Both the position numbers and the translations under genes were made by a program. Shown piece by piece: positions 53,687-64,000 of a DNA stretch of 64,000 nt. This stretch comes from Ignavibacteriota bacterium (GTDB lineage: Bacteria; Bacteroidota; Ignavibacteria; UBA10030; CAVZMI01): assembly GCA_963776275.1 (NCBI GenBank), contig CAVZMI010000028.1, forward strand, positions 48,868-112,867. The letters run 5' to 3'. Each line of letters opens with the position of its first letter. Within the stretch, counting starts at the first letter, position 1. Below the pieces are notes generated by a model that saw only the letters and a list, made by a program, of their open reading frames with translations, was not told where the DNA came from and made no database searches.

Positions 53687-55024
53687 TTAAATGTAGTCGT
53701 TGATAAATGTCTCAAACAATTCCTGTTTGCCGCTGATTTGCTTTGGTGCGCCGTTCTCTATAGCGATCTTCCGCAGGTCTTCGAGAGTCAGTTTTCCCTG
53801 TTCGAATGCAGCACCCGAGCCGTTATCGAAGGAGGCATACCGCTGGGTGCGGAGTTTTCTGTACGGAGATTTTTCCAGGACATTGATAGCAATCAGGAGT
53901 GCCCGTGCGATAGCATCCATCCCGCCAATATGCGCAATGAAAAGATCTTCAGGATCTGTCGAGTTCCGTCGAACCTTCGCGTCGAAGTTGATTCCGCCTG
54001 CGGTAAATCCACCGGCTTCCACGATCACCAACATTGCCTGCGCCAGATCAAACAGATCTATTGGAAATTGATCGGTGTCCCAGCCGTTCTGGGGGTCGCC
54101 TCTGTTTGCATCTATGCTTCCCAGCAAGCCGCTATCGGCGGCAACCTGAAGCTCATGCTGAAAAGAGTGATTTGCCAGTGTTGCATGATTCACCTCGATG
54201 TTCAATTTGAAATCGTTCTGCAGATTGAATTCGCGCAGAAACCCGATTACCGTTGTTGTATCGAAATCGTACTGGTGCTTCATCGGCTCCATAGGCTTTG
54301 GTTCGACAAAGAACGTTCCTTTGAAACCCTGTTTTCTTGCATAATCGCGCGCCATAGTCAGGAATCGTGCCATATGTTCGCGCTCGCGTTTCATATTCGT
54401 GTTGAGGAGCGACATATACCCTTCGCGTCCTCCCCAGAAGACGTAGTTGAGTCCGCCGAGTGCGATCGTCGCATCCAGCGCATTTTTTAGTTGTGCCGCG
54501 GCATGAGCGACGACGGCGAAATCTGGATTGGTTCCGGCTCCATTCATGTAGCGCGGATGGGAAAAGAGATTTGCCGTGCCCCAGAGAAGCTGGATGCCGG
54601 AGGCTTTTTGTTTCTCTTTTGCATATTCGACCATCGTGGATAACCGCTGTTCCGATTCTCGAATCGATGAAGCTTCATCCACAAGATCAAAATCGTGGAA
54701 ACAGTAAAAGGGGACACCGAGCTTTGTTATGAACTCAAATGCCGCGTCCATCTTTGCTTTTCCTCGTTGTATGGGATCAGCCGGTTCATTCCAGGGCAGG
54801 TTTTTTGTGCCGGGTCCGAATGGGTCGCCCCCGGTTCCACAGAACGAATGCCAGTAGGCAACCGCAAAGCGGAGAAACTCCTTCATCGTTTTTCCGGCTA
54901 CCGATTTATTTTCATCATAATACTTAAACGCTAATGGATTTTTTGAGCCGGGCCCTTCAAAAGCGATTTTTTTACCGACCATTGGAAAATATTCTTTGTT
55001 GCCGAGTGTCACATTTGTGCTCAT
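53687..55024 (-). CDS. xylA: xylose isomerase (class II)
   Basis: [46 protein letters not shown]. Confidence 0.98.
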   Translation of the reverse strand: MSTNVTLGNKEYFPMVGKKIAFEGPGSKNPLAFKYYDENKSVAGKTMKEFLRFAVAYWHSFCGTGGDPFGPGTKNLPWNEPADPIQRGKAKMDAAFEFITKLGVPFYCFHDFDLVDEASSIRESEQRLSTMVEYAKEKQKASGIQLLWGTANLFSHPRYMNGAGTNPDFAVVAHAAAQLKNALDATIALGGLNYVFWGGREGYMSLLNTNMKREREHMARFLTMARDYARKQGFKGTFFVEPKPMEPMKHQYDFDTTTVIGFLREFNLQNDFKLNIEVNHATLANHSFQHELQVAADSGLLGSIDANRGDPQNGWDTDQFPIDLFDLAQAMLVIVEAGGFTAGGINFDAKVRRNSTDPEDLFIAHIGGMDAIARALLIAINVLEKSPYRKLRTQRYASFDNGSGAAFEQGKLTLEDLRKIAIENGAPKQISGKQELFETFINDYI

Positions 55025-55028
55025 TGTA

Positions 55029-56525
55029 TTATCCCTTTAATTGAAGAATTTGATTTAATGCAGAAGACCAGTGTTCGTATAAATTTCTATATTCAGCTAT
55101 CCGTGAGTTTTGAGGTTCGATGACTTTCAGACGTTGAAGTCCATTAAACATCTCTGTGCGAGATTTGTAGTACTTCACACCCAGTGCGGCTCCTCGTGCA
55201 GCGCCTTGAGCACCGTCGGTACTGTATAGCTCGATGGAGACACCCGCTGTATGTGCCAGAGTCTCCGAAAATATGGGACTTAAAAATAGATTGGCAAGAC
55301 CGGCGCGAACCACGGTTGGCTTTATATTCATTCCATGCATGATTTCAATTCCATAGTTGAAAGCGAATGCAATTCCTTCCTGTATGGAGCGCATAAGATG
55401 CGATTGTGAGTGAAGGTTGAATTGCAGATTGAGAAAATGTGCGCCGATGTCGCGATTCTCCAGCATCCGTTCCGCGCCGTTGCCAAACGGCAGAAAGATG
55501 ATTCCGCCGGATCCTGCCGGAATTTTTGATACAGCTTCATCCAGCCGAGCGTATTCGACAGATTGTTGACCCGTGATGCGACGGATCCAGCTGTTGGCAA
55601 TGCCCGTTCCGTTGATGCACAGCAATACTCCGATGCGTTGGGCGTCGGTACGGTGATTGACGTGAGCAAATGAGTTGACGCGCGAAGCATGATCGTACTT
55701 CAGTGTATCACTCACGCCGTAGACAACACCGGATGTTCCTGCAGTTGCAGCAATCTCGCCCGGTTCCATTACATTTAACGAGAGGGCATTGTTTGGCTGG
55801 TCGCCCGCCCGGTAGGAAACAGGTATACCTTCCGGCAGACCCAGTTCCTGCGAAGCTGGTCGGCTGAGACGGCCTTGTTCACCAAATGTCGGAACGATGT
55901 GAGGGATCAAGCGTGGATCGATGCCGTAGTGGCCGAGCAGGAAAGAGGCAATCGAATCAGTTTTGAAATCCCAGAGAATTCCCTCGGATAAACCGGAAAG
56001 GGTTGTCGCAGCTTCACCAGTTAACCGCATGGCGATGTAATCACCCGGGAGCATAAACTTATCAATCCTGTCGTACAGCTTGGGCTCATTCTCTTTTACC
56101 CAGCGCAACTTGGAGGCGGTGAAATTTCCGGGAGAGTTCAGGAGTGAACCGAGGCATTTTTCAGCACCAAGGGCGTCAAAAGCCTTTCGACCGATCTCTA
56201 CAGCTCTGCTGTCGCACCATATAATAGAGTGACGAAGAGCTTGTTTGCTTTTATCGATGATCACGAGGCCGTGCATCTGATAGGAGATTCCTATGGCGAT
56301 TATTTGATCGGGCTTGATGTGTGAAATTGAGAGAGTTTCCGATGTGGCGAGTTTCAAATTCTCCCACCACATATTCGGATCCTGTTCTGCCCAGCCGGCA
56401 CGAAGAGCGGTGATCGGCATTTCGTTTTTTGGAAAGAAGGCGCTGGCTTCGACCTTCCCCGTCTCAAGATTTAATAGAGCCGCCTTGACGGATGAACTAC
56501 CAACATCATAACCAAGAGTATACAT
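55029..56525 (-). CDS. xylB: xylulokinase
   Basis: [32 protein letters not shown]; next to xylA. Confidence 0.93.
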   Translation of the reverse strand: MYTLGYDVGSSSVKAALLNLETGKVEASAFFPKNEMPITALRAGWAEQDPNMWWENLKLATSETLSISHIKPDQIIAIGISYQMHGLVIIDKSKQALRHSIIWCDSRAVEIGRKAFDALGAEKCLGSLLNSPGNFTASKLRWVKENEPKLYDRIDKFMLPGDYIAMRLTGEAATTLSGLSEGILWDFKTDSIASFLLGHYGIDPRLIPHIVPTFGEQGRLSRPASQELGLPEGIPVSYRAGDQPNNALSLNVMEPGEIAATAGTSGVVYGVSDTLKYDHASRVNSFAHVNHRTDAQRIGVLLCINGTGIANSWIRRITGQQSVEYARLDEAVSKIPAGSGGIIFLPFGNGAERMLENRDIGAHFLNLQFNLHSQSHLMRSIQEGIAFAFNYGIEIMHGMNIKPTVVRAGLANLFLSPIFSETLAHTAGVSIELYSTDGAQGAARGAALGVKYYKSRTEMFNGLQRLKVIEPQNSRIAEYRNLYEHWSSALNQILQLKG

Positions 56526-56630
56526 ATCTTTTCGGAAGGAATTCTTCTTAGAATAATTTAGAATGTGGTATATTTAGATGTCTTACTTGTTATAAAATAT
56601 CTAACGACCATACCCCTCAATCAGTTCCCT

Positions 56631-57710
56631 TTATGTCAGGGTTCCTTCCAGACTATGCTGATTCAATGTAGGTAACGGCGGATGCAAGATCTTCGTGGAT
56701 TTTCTTACAACAAACTCTGCATCCAGAACCACGTTTTCTACTGGTAAGGGTTCGGGGGATTCGATGTTTTTGATCAGGATTTCTGCTGCCCTTCTGCCCA
56801 ACTCGAACATTGGAGCGCGAATCGTCGTTAATTGCATTGGATTGTATCTCGAAAAGGGAATATCGTCATTACCCACGACAGAAATATCATCGGGTATCTT
56901 AATTTTCAATTCGGCCAAAGCCTCCATAACACCGAGAGCGACGAGATCGTTGTAGCAAACAATGGCGGTTGGATAATCCTCACGGATTCTGTCTTTAAAA
57001 TATTCGATACACTTATGGTAACCATCGTCAAGGTGAGCACCTGTCGGGACTATCATTTCGATGTTGTAGGCAAAATGGCTTTCACTATAAGCCCGGCGGA
57101 AGCCATCGATCCTTTCGTATGTGTGAGAAGCATGCTTCGGCCCAGAAAAATGTACGATCTTGGAATGGCCGTTATCAATCAAATACTTCATTGCTTCTTT
57201 CATCGCCTTAATGTTATTTATGCTCACTACATTTGCCTGGATGCCTTTGACGTTTTCCAGTAGCACAAACGGGAAATTGATCATCTTTAGTCGGAAGAGA
57301 TGTTCGATTTCGGCAGTCCCTTCCAACACCGGTGCGATAATTGCTCCTTTTATATCCTTGTCAGAGAAACTCTGTGTAATTTTTTCTTCGTACTTATGAT
57401 CGCCTTCTGAACTAACGATACTGACTAAATATCCCTTGCTGCTGGCATACTCAATTACTCCCAATGCAATTGCTGTATAAAATGGATTGTCCAACTCGCG
57501 AATGAGCAAGCCGATACTGCTGTAGGTCGTGGCTGTGTTCTTCAGATTACGAGCACTCCCCCGCGGTCGGTAATTCAGTTCTTTCATTGCAATTAGAACT
57601 GCTTTTCTTGTCTCGGATTTGACGATATTTTTTTCGTTGATTACGGCAGACACCGTACCGATCGAGACGCCGGCTCGTCTGGCAACATCGTCAATGGTTA
57701 CTTTCTTCAC
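56631..57710 (-). CDS. LacI-family transcriptional regulator of the xylose block
   Basis: VTIDDVARRAGVSIGTVSAVIN; GTG start with AGGAG RBS. Confidence 0.93.
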   Translation of the reverse strand: MKKVTIDDVARRAGVSIGTVSAVINEKNIVKSETRKAVLIAMKELNYRPRGSARNLKNTATTYSSIGLLIRELDNPFYTAIALGVIEYASSKGYLVSIVSSEGDHKYEEKITQSFSDKDIKGAIIAPVLEGTAEIEHLFRLKMINFPFVLLENVKGIQANVVSINNIKAMKEAMKYLIDNGHSKIVHFSGPKHASHTYERIDGFRRAYSESHFAYNIEMIVPTGAHLDDGYHKCIEYFKDRIREDYPTAIVCYNDLVALGVMEALAELKIKIPDDISVVGNDDIPFSRYNPMQLTTIRAPMFELGRRAAEILIKNIESPEPLPVENVVLDAEFVVRKSTKILHPPLPTLNQHSLEGTLT

Positions 57711-57765
57711 TTGTGCTCTCCTATTCGTAAATAAACTTCCCGATAAGAAGAACTTCAATTTTTAA

Positions 57766-57840
57766 AAAACCGATTTCAATTGAAACGGTTCAATCACCTT
57801 TTAATTTGTTCAATTTATGATAATTCATTTTAAAAGTCAA
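57766..57840 (-). promoter_or_regulatory. sigma70-type promoter with tandem LacI-like operator sites
   Basis: Minus strand TTGACT-17-TAAATT; imperfect palindromes AAAACCGATTTCAA (57766) and TTGAAACGGTTCAA (57780). Confidence 0.55.
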
Positions 57841-58018
57841 GAACCCAATCTGACCTCATAAAATTTTTAAAATGAAAAATTTTGCCCTTTTTGAAGGTTT
57901 TTCTAATTGATAATCCTTCATTGCAAGGGTTATGCTATAACTGTATAGGGCATGAATTTTGACTTTTTATAAAAATTTTATCAAATTGTTACGATATATG
58001 CTTATTGAGGAGAAATTC

Positions 58019-59875
58019 ATGAATTCTGCTTCTTCAAAGATATCGGCAAAAACCGGCATTAAATTCATCATACGCGAAGGGGTTTTCTTCAGTGCCTTCT
58101 TCCTGTATCTCTGGCTTCGCATTAATCCGGCTCTTTATAATCAGCGTCAGGATCCTATATTTCTGCTTGATTTTAGATTCTTCCGAGGATTCCTTAACTA
58201 TCCTGGCGGGCTCTTAGATTATGCGGCAGTACTTCTCTCACAACTCTATTATTTTCCGATGCTGGGTGCGCTGGTTATAACAGCCACGGTTTGGGCAGTT
58301 ACCCGATTGACAGCAGCGCTGATCCGAGCAATTCGACCTGGTTATCAAATCCAGTTGGTTCATTTTATCCCGGCTATTCTGTTATTGATGCTTCACAGCC
58401 ACTACAAGCATCCGCTCGCGGTCAGTCTGGCTCTGGGTCTTTCCTTACTTTTCGTCCTTTTACAATTCCGAATCGGCAAGAGTGCCATGTCGAGGATTGT
58501 CTCCTATCTTGCGGTTGGACTTGTTCTTTTCTATGTCGCCGGGGGTGTATTTTTATTATATGCACTGATGTGCATTCTGTATGAAGCTTTCTATTTAAGG
58601 CGCCCCGTCCTGAGCATAGTATATCTGTTAATTGCATTAGCGGTACCTTATATGGCCAAAGAATTTCTTTTCCTGATCAATGATCAGATGGCATATCTCC
58701 ATCTCCTTCCTTTTACGGAGTCTTACACACCGCTTATTACGCCGTATTTACTGATACTATTTTATATACTAGTATTTATAATATATCATCCATTTATTTT
58801 TGAGCGGCTTGGTTTTTTGAAGAAATTAAAATTTCGGAATTCATGGCTGCAATACGGATTGCAGACCCTTGTACTTTTCTTGGTTGCAGGAGTTGCCGCT
58901 TTTTTTTCATTTGAGAAAAACAACCACCTTTTACTTCAAGTAGATTATTACGCGCGCCACCAGCAATGGGAGGATATCATACGGACTTCTGTGGAGGAAC
59001 CATCCAACCTATTACAGGTTGCGTTTCATACCAACAGAGCGCTTTTTCATACTGATCAACTTCTGGAAAACATGTTTTCGTTTCCACAGAATAACAGTAC
59101 AGCCGGCTTGATATTACCAAAAGGGTTTAGTGATTCGGCTCCGCTTCAGGAAAGCGATTTCTGCTATGAACTTGGCTCCATCAACGAGGCCAGGCATTGG
59201 GCCTATGAAGCCGTATCTACAGATGGGGAAACACCGTGGATAGTAAAACGCATGGTGATCGTCAATTTTGTGAGCGGCGATTTTCGGGCTGCGGAGCGAT
59301 GTCTGAACGTGCTGGACAAAATGTTGTTCTTTAAAGACTGGGCACGGGAATTCAGAAAAATCCTTCAGAATCCGGCGCTGGCTTCCAATGACGAGATATT
59401 GAGTCACGGTCTGTCTATGCTGGTGAAAAAGGACTTCGTCATTATGAGTGGTCATCCTCCAGTGGAATTTGACAGCCTTCTGAAAGAAAATCCAAAAAAT
59501 AAAATGGCATTCGAATACAGGATTGCCCATGAGCTTCTAACCTGCCGATTGGGAGGTCTGATGAAAGATCTCAATATGTTGAACAATTTCAATTATCGTC
59601 ACATTCCCAGGCACGTGGAGGAAGCGTTGCTTAGCTTGTGGGTGATAAGCAAAACGCCCGAAACACCCCCGTTTATACGGTATATCCGGAATGAGACATT
59701 ACAACATTTTCAGGACTTCAATCACGTGCTGGCGAAGTACAACGGTGATCGAAAAGCCGCTCAATCTGAGCTTCGGCAGCAGTTCGGAAACACATATTGG
59801 TATTATTTGTTTTATAACAATCCTATAGAGCGCAAGGCGGGGCAAACGTCATCCAGAATGTGGGGAATCGAATGA
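58019..59875 (+). CDS. DUF6057-like membrane protein
   Basis: YPGG...LSQLYYFP, multiple TM helices, NKMAFEY, FGNTYWYY; GAGGAG RBS. Confidence 0.8.
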   Translation: MNSASSKISAKTGIKFIIREGVFFSAFFLYLWLRINPALYNQRQDPIFLLDFRFFRGFLNYPGGLLDYAAVLLSQLYYFPMLGALVITATVWAVTRLTAALIRAIRPGYQIQLVHFIPAILLLMLHSHYKHPLAVSLALGLSLLFVLLQFRIGKSAMSRIVSYLAVGLVLFYVAGGVFLLYALMCILYEAFYLRRPVLSIVYLLIALAVPYMAKEFLFLINDQMAYLHLLPFTESYTPLITPYLLILFYILVFIIYHPFIFERLGFLKKLKFRNSWLQYGLQTLVLFLVAGVAAFFSFEKNNHLLLQVDYYARHQQWEDIIRTSVEEPSNLLQVAFHTNRALFHTDQLLENMFSFPQNNSTAGLILPKGFSDSAPLQESDFCYELGSINEARHWAYEAVSTDGETPWIVKRMVIVNFVSGDFRAAERCLNVLDKMLFFKDWAREFRKILQNPALASNDEILSHGLSMLVKKDFVIMSGHPPVEFDSLLKENPKNKMAFEYRIAHELLTCRLGGLMKDLNMLNNFNYRHIPRHVEEALLSLWVISKTPETPPFIRYIRNETLQHFQDFNHVLAKYNGDRKAAQSELRQQFGNTYWYYLFYNNPIERKAGQTSSRMWGIE

Positions 59876-61386
59876 GAATCTATTTAAAATATGCGTTTTT
59901 CTGGTTCTTGATAATCATATCAGTGATAGGGATGTCCTGCGAGAAACAGGATATCGGAAATCCACGGGAAATTCATCGGTCTCCTCGCATCGAACCCGAT
60001 TACTCAGGGACGATCATTCCACCAAACATCGCACCTCTGAATTTTGTGATTCAGGAGAAGGCTCTTCAATACCGCGTAGACATCATTAGTGGGGAAGGTA
60101 AACCCATCGAAATCAACAGTAGTGAACCGGAGATCAGAATTCCCATTTCACAATGGAAGGACCTTCTTGTGCAGAACAGGGGCAAAGAAATCCGTTTCGT
60201 TGTTACAGCCCAGGATTCGCAGAACCAATGGGTGCGGTTTGATCCGATTCGGAATCAGATCGCACAAGAAGAAATAGATCCATACTTGGTCTACCGGTTG
60301 ATGCCCCCTCTTTATATGTACTGGAAAAAAATGGGGATTTATCAGAGAGATCTAGAAAATTTTGACGAAAAGCAGATTCTCGACAATAAACCCTTGAACG
60401 ACGGATGTGTTAACTGCCATTCGTTTCTTCATAACAGTCCGGACAATTGGATAGTTCACTTTAGGGGTGCGCCTTTAACGGGCATGCTTCTCAGCGTCGG
60501 TGGAAAAACAACTTTTATCAAGACACAAACAGAATTCAACAAGGCTCCGGCGGGACATCCAGCATGGCATCCAGGCGGCAAGTATCTCGCTTTTTCGGCG
60601 TATAAAGTCAGACAATTCTTTCATACCAGAGGTGTGAACCGAGACGCTCTTGATTTTGTCTCCGATATAATTCTCTATGACGTGGAATCCAACACGATCA
60701 CAGCCTGTCAGTCGATTGCTGATACCAATCGGTACGAAACATATCCAACCTGGTCTACGGACGGCAGATGGCTCTATTTCTGCAGTACGCAACGCTTTGA
60801 TTCCATTGAAGTTTTGAAAAATGAAAATTATAAGAATGTAAAATACGACTTAATGCGGATCGAGTTTGACCCGCAGACCGCCACATTCGGAAAACTGGAG
60901 ACATTTCTGGCTTCATCTGAGACCGGCATGAGCATCACCTTCCCGAGGTTCTCTCCGGATGGCCGATACCTGCTTTTCACAATGTCTGAATACGGCAACT
61001 TTCCATTGGCCCGGTCCAACGGCCACCTGTACGTCATGGACATGGAGTCCAGGCAAATCCGGAAACTTGCCTGCAACGGCGAGCGTTCCGACAGCTACCA
61101 TTCATGGTTCAGCAACGGACGTTGGATTGCGTTCAGCAGCAGGCGTGAAGACGGCATCTCCGCGAGACCTTATTTCAGCTACTTCGATGAGCAGGGAAAT
61201 GCCAGTAAAGCTTTTGTGCTGCCCCAGGAGGATCCCGCTTTCTACGAATCGGCCCTTCAAACCTTCAATATCCCGGAACTTATTACAAGCCCAATTCCGC
61301 AAAGGCCGCAGGAGCTGATCAAAATTGCCAGGCAGACGGATAAGAGTTTAAATGCAAAGTATTTTGCACCGGGAGAACGACGTTAA
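59872..61386 (+). CDS. TolB-like PD40 beta-propeller lipoprotein with a CxxCH motif
   Basis: GMSC lipobox, PPNIAPLNF, GCVNCHSF, PAWHPGG / PTWSTDG / PRFSPDG repeats; ATGA overlap with upstream gene. Confidence 0.85.
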   Translation: MRIYLKYAFFWFLIIISVIGMSCEKQDIGNPREIHRSPRIEPDYSGTIIPPNIAPLNFVIQEKALQYRVDIISGEGKPIEINSSEPEIRIPISQWKDLLVQNRGKEIRFVVTAQDSQNQWVRFDPIRNQIAQEEIDPYLVYRLMPPLYMYWKKMGIYQRDLENFDEKQILDNKPLNDGCVNCHSFLHNSPDNWIVHFRGAPLTGMLLSVGGKTTFIKTQTEFNKAPAGHPAWHPGGKYLAFSAYKVRQFFHTRGVNRDALDFVSDIILYDVESNTITACQSIADTNRYETYPTWSTDGRWLYFCSTQRFDSIEVLKNENYKNVKYDLMRIEFDPQTATFGKLETFLASSETGMSITFPRFSPDGRYLLFTMSEYGNFPLARSNGHLYVMDMESRQIRKLACNGERSDSYHSWFSNGRWIAFSSRREDGISARPYFSYFDEQGNASKAFVLPQEDPAFYESALQTFNIPELITSPIPQRPQELIKIARQTDKSLNAKYFAPGERR

Positions 61387-61892
61387 GAATGGTTTAGGAT
61401 TAAAATACCCAACACAGGAAGAACTCAGCGTCCCGCCTTCTTCATAAGAGTCTCTGCCAGGAGTAGAAGGATTTCATGAATCGTTAGACTGGATGAAATT
61501 GAACCATCTGTCGATATCCGATATTTTTACTTTGAAAATAGATTAATAAATAACTCAGACTTGTCCAAAATAAATATTCGAAAAATCGTCTTGGACAGCA
61601 TAATTCGATTTTAACTACATCGTTGTCGATAACTCAGCGTCAGAAACAATGTTTTTTCTGATGTTTTTAATAATTCGTACGAAAACGGGTCGTCTTCTTA
61701 TCACATCAATAAGAAACGCTGTAGAGTATAGTAATTTCTATCCTATTTGCAGAAGCGATTTCTATTTCGACCTCGGTCATGTAAACGAATCATGGCATTG
61801 GGCTCCTGAGGCAATCACAGTTTATTGATACCGTTGAAAGTAAAATTAATAGCAATATCTTGAATCATCCATAGACAAAATGGAGTAGAGTA

Positions 61893-63752
61893 ATGACAAA
61901 ATCTCTTCAATCCTCCGCTGAATACAATAAGTTTTATTATTTGATTGTTAACGCTATTTTTTTTATTTGCTTTTTTTTGTGGTTCTGGCTTCGAGTGGAT
62001 CCAAAAATTATCTATCAATATCAAGAACCCATCTTCTTTTTTAATGTTCGATTCTTTCATGAATTTTTACTCTATCCAGGTGGAGTGGTAGATTACATAT
62101 CTGCATTTTTGGCACAGTTTTATTATTTTCCATGGATCGGTTCGATGATGGTTACGGTTTTTGCCATTCTGACTACCTACCTAACACGGTGGCTGATTCA
62201 AAACACTGGAGCAAAAATAAAGGGAGACATTATATCTTTTCTTCCTGCCCTGTTGCTCTTGGCCTGTCATAGTAAATATGAATTTTTATTGAACTATACC
62301 ATTGGATTTCTCCTTGCTTTACTATTTTCTTTTCTTTATATCCGTTTTGTGCCAAAGAATCAGGTAACTCGTTTCCTCATATATATCCTGTCGTCGCTTT
62401 TGCTTTATTTTTTAGTAGGTGGAGCGTTTTTCCTTTTTGTTCTTTTGTGCGGTCTTTTTGAACTTCTGCTTGCTCGTCGATACATTTTGGGTGTCCTCAT
62501 AATTCTTTCCAGTATCGGATTACCCTATCTGGCAGCATCCTTTATCTTCTTGGTCAGCATGCAGAAGGCGTATATCTATCTCTTACCTTTTGATTATATT
62601 AATGAAAAAACCTATTTACTACGTGTCGCATTATATGCGTTCTATCCACTTATATTGATTGTTCAAGGTATAATCACTTTACTGAATTTGAAGAAGGTTA
62701 AAACTGTTAAGCGGAATCTTTTGACCTCTTTGAGAAGTCGCGTAGGGTCTCGGTTGAACATGACACTTCAGGTTATCGTACTTATCTTTCTTCTAGCAGT
62801 AACAGCTTTTCTCTCATATGAGGAAATACAAAAAGACCAGCTGATGGTGGATCACTATGCTCAATGTCATGAGTGGCAACAAGTATTAGAAACGGTAAAG
62901 GGTACATCCCGATTAGATTTGGAAATGATTTTTCAAGCCAACAGGGCATTTTATCATTTGCGGCTCTTATCGTCAGATATGTTTGCCTTGCCACAAATTT
63001 GGGGGACACATGGTTTGCTCATGACACAAGATGACGGGTTCGTCCACCCCCTTCAGAATAGCGATTTTTATTATGATTTAGGACACATTAATGAAGCAGA
63101 ACACTGGGCCCATGAGGCTATGTCAATTCGTGGCGAAACCGGATGGACTCTTGAGCAATTGGCATTGGTGAGTATAGTCAAAGGTGAAATTGATGCGGCT
63201 CATGTTTTTATCTCTAAACTTAATCAATCATTGTTGTTTAGGAAAAATGCAAATCAATTACGCCAATTATTGAATGACAATACCAAGTTTTCACGTGATC
63301 CGAATATTCTTGACATACGTTCTCGTATGCCCAACCCGGAGCATGATTTTATCTATTATTCTGTTTCTCCAGATATTACCTTAGAAGGCATTCTGAATAA
63401 CAACCCCTCTAATAAAATGGCTTTTGAGTACTTAATGGCTTTTCATCTGTTGAGTGGTAATCTCGGTAAATTTGCCAATGAAATAGTACGCTTAAAAGAT
63501 TTAGGCTATACTAAGATCCCCAGGCATTATCAAGAAGCCCTGTTGCTTTATTTTACTGTTTCTGGGAAGCGTGGTCTTCCTTCACTTGAAGGATATAAAA
63601 TGAATGGGGAAATAGTAGAGAGATTTAAAAATTTTCAAAATATATTGAAAAAATTCCGTGGTGATAAAAGTTTGGCCCGTAATGAACTGTATAAATATCA
63701 CGGGAACACATATTGGTTCTATGCACTTTATTATAGACCAAAGGAGCATTAG
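61893..63752 (+). CDS. DUF6057-like membrane protein, second paralog
   Basis: Same motifs: YPGG, NKMAFEY, IPRHYQEA, GNTYWFY. Confidence 0.8.
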   Translation: MTKSLQSSAEYNKFYYLIVNAIFFICFFLWFWLRVDPKIIYQYQEPIFFFNVRFFHEFLLYPGGVVDYISAFLAQFYYFPWIGSMMVTVFAILTTYLTRWLIQNTGAKIKGDIISFLPALLLLACHSKYEFLLNYTIGFLLALLFSFLYIRFVPKNQVTRFLIYILSSLLLYFLVGGAFFLFVLLCGLFELLLARRYILGVLIILSSIGLPYLAASFIFLVSMQKAYIYLLPFDYINEKTYLLRVALYAFYPLILIVQGIITLLNLKKVKTVKRNLLTSLRSRVGSRLNMTLQVIVLIFLLAVTAFLSYEEIQKDQLMVDHYAQCHEWQQVLETVKGTSRLDLEMIFQANRAFYHLRLLSSDMFALPQIWGTHGLLMTQDDGFVHPLQNSDFYYDLGHINEAEHWAHEAMSIRGETGWTLEQLALVSIVKGEIDAAHVFISKLNQSLLFRKNANQLRQLLNDNTKFSRDPNILDIRSRMPNPEHDFIYYSVSPDITLEGILNNNPSNKMAFEYLMAFHLLSGNLGKFANEIVRLKDLGYTKIPRHYQEALLLYFTVSGKRGLPSLEGYKMNGEIVERFKNFQNILKKFRGDKSLARNELYKYHGNTYWFYALYYRPKEH

Positions 63753-63754
63753 CA

Positions 63755-64000
63755 ATGAAGATCTTCTTCAAATATACATTTTTCTGGTTCTTAATAATCA
63801 TATCAGTGATAGGGATGTCCTGCGAGAAACAGGATATCGGAAACCCACGGGAAATCCATCGGCCTCCTCGCATCGAGCCCGATTACACTGGGATAATCAT
63901 TCCACCAAACATCGCACCTCTGAATTTTGTGATTCAGGAGAAGGCTCTTCAATACCGCGTAGACATCGTTGGTGGGGAAGGTAAACCCGTCGAAATCCAC
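63755..64000 (+). CDS. second PD40 lipoprotein, 3'-truncated by the window edge
   Basis: MKIFFKYTFFWFLIIISVIGMSCEKQDIGNP..., near-identical to the start of 59872..61386. Confidence 0.88.
   Translation, partial: MKIFFKYTFFWFLIIISVIGMSCEKQDIGNPREIHRPPRIEPDYTGIIIPPNIAPLNFVIQEKALQYRVDIVGGEGKPVEIH

Noticed and set aside
53738-54490. 250-aa plus-strand ORF and many similar antisense ORFs
   Set aside because: Shadow ORFs opposite well-supported genes such as xylA

Overview
64-kb bacterial chromosomal window, most likely from an Ignavibacteria-like member of the FCB group. This is an inference from the NYPNPFNP-type T9SS C-terminal domains, a PorV/PorQ-family gene and the gene clusters. In order: lysine genes ddh and lysA; a REP-flanked IS200-type (RAYT-like) tnpA and a deleted copy of it; a GAF-PAS-PAS hybrid kinase; a haem-porin plus cytochrome c lipoprotein pair; an IS3 inserted in a shrunken four-helix-bundle element; a metallophosphoesterase/OMP/patatin cassette; a ~28-kb alpha-glucan locus (malQ, LacI, TonB receptor, 1286-aa Ca-binding protein, PorV paralog, T9SS cargo, PPIase, GH13s, GH57, two MFS, CBM20-esterase) with no SusD; gpr; a CPBP protease; GH2; a xylose block (LacI, xylB, xylA, GH31); and two DUF6057/PD40 pairs. 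No rRNA, tRNA or CRISPR array was seen. Three observations stand out. (1) Short palindromic elements are repeatedly inserted exactly into the loops of other palindromic elements, up to three levels deep. (2) The polysaccharide-uptake module is SusD-less and PorV-linked. (3) Five of six apparent frameshifts and four odd missense codons fall on or next to GGWCC, suggesting methylation-linked sequencing errors rather than real pseudogenes. All family assignments are by motif recognition, not database search.
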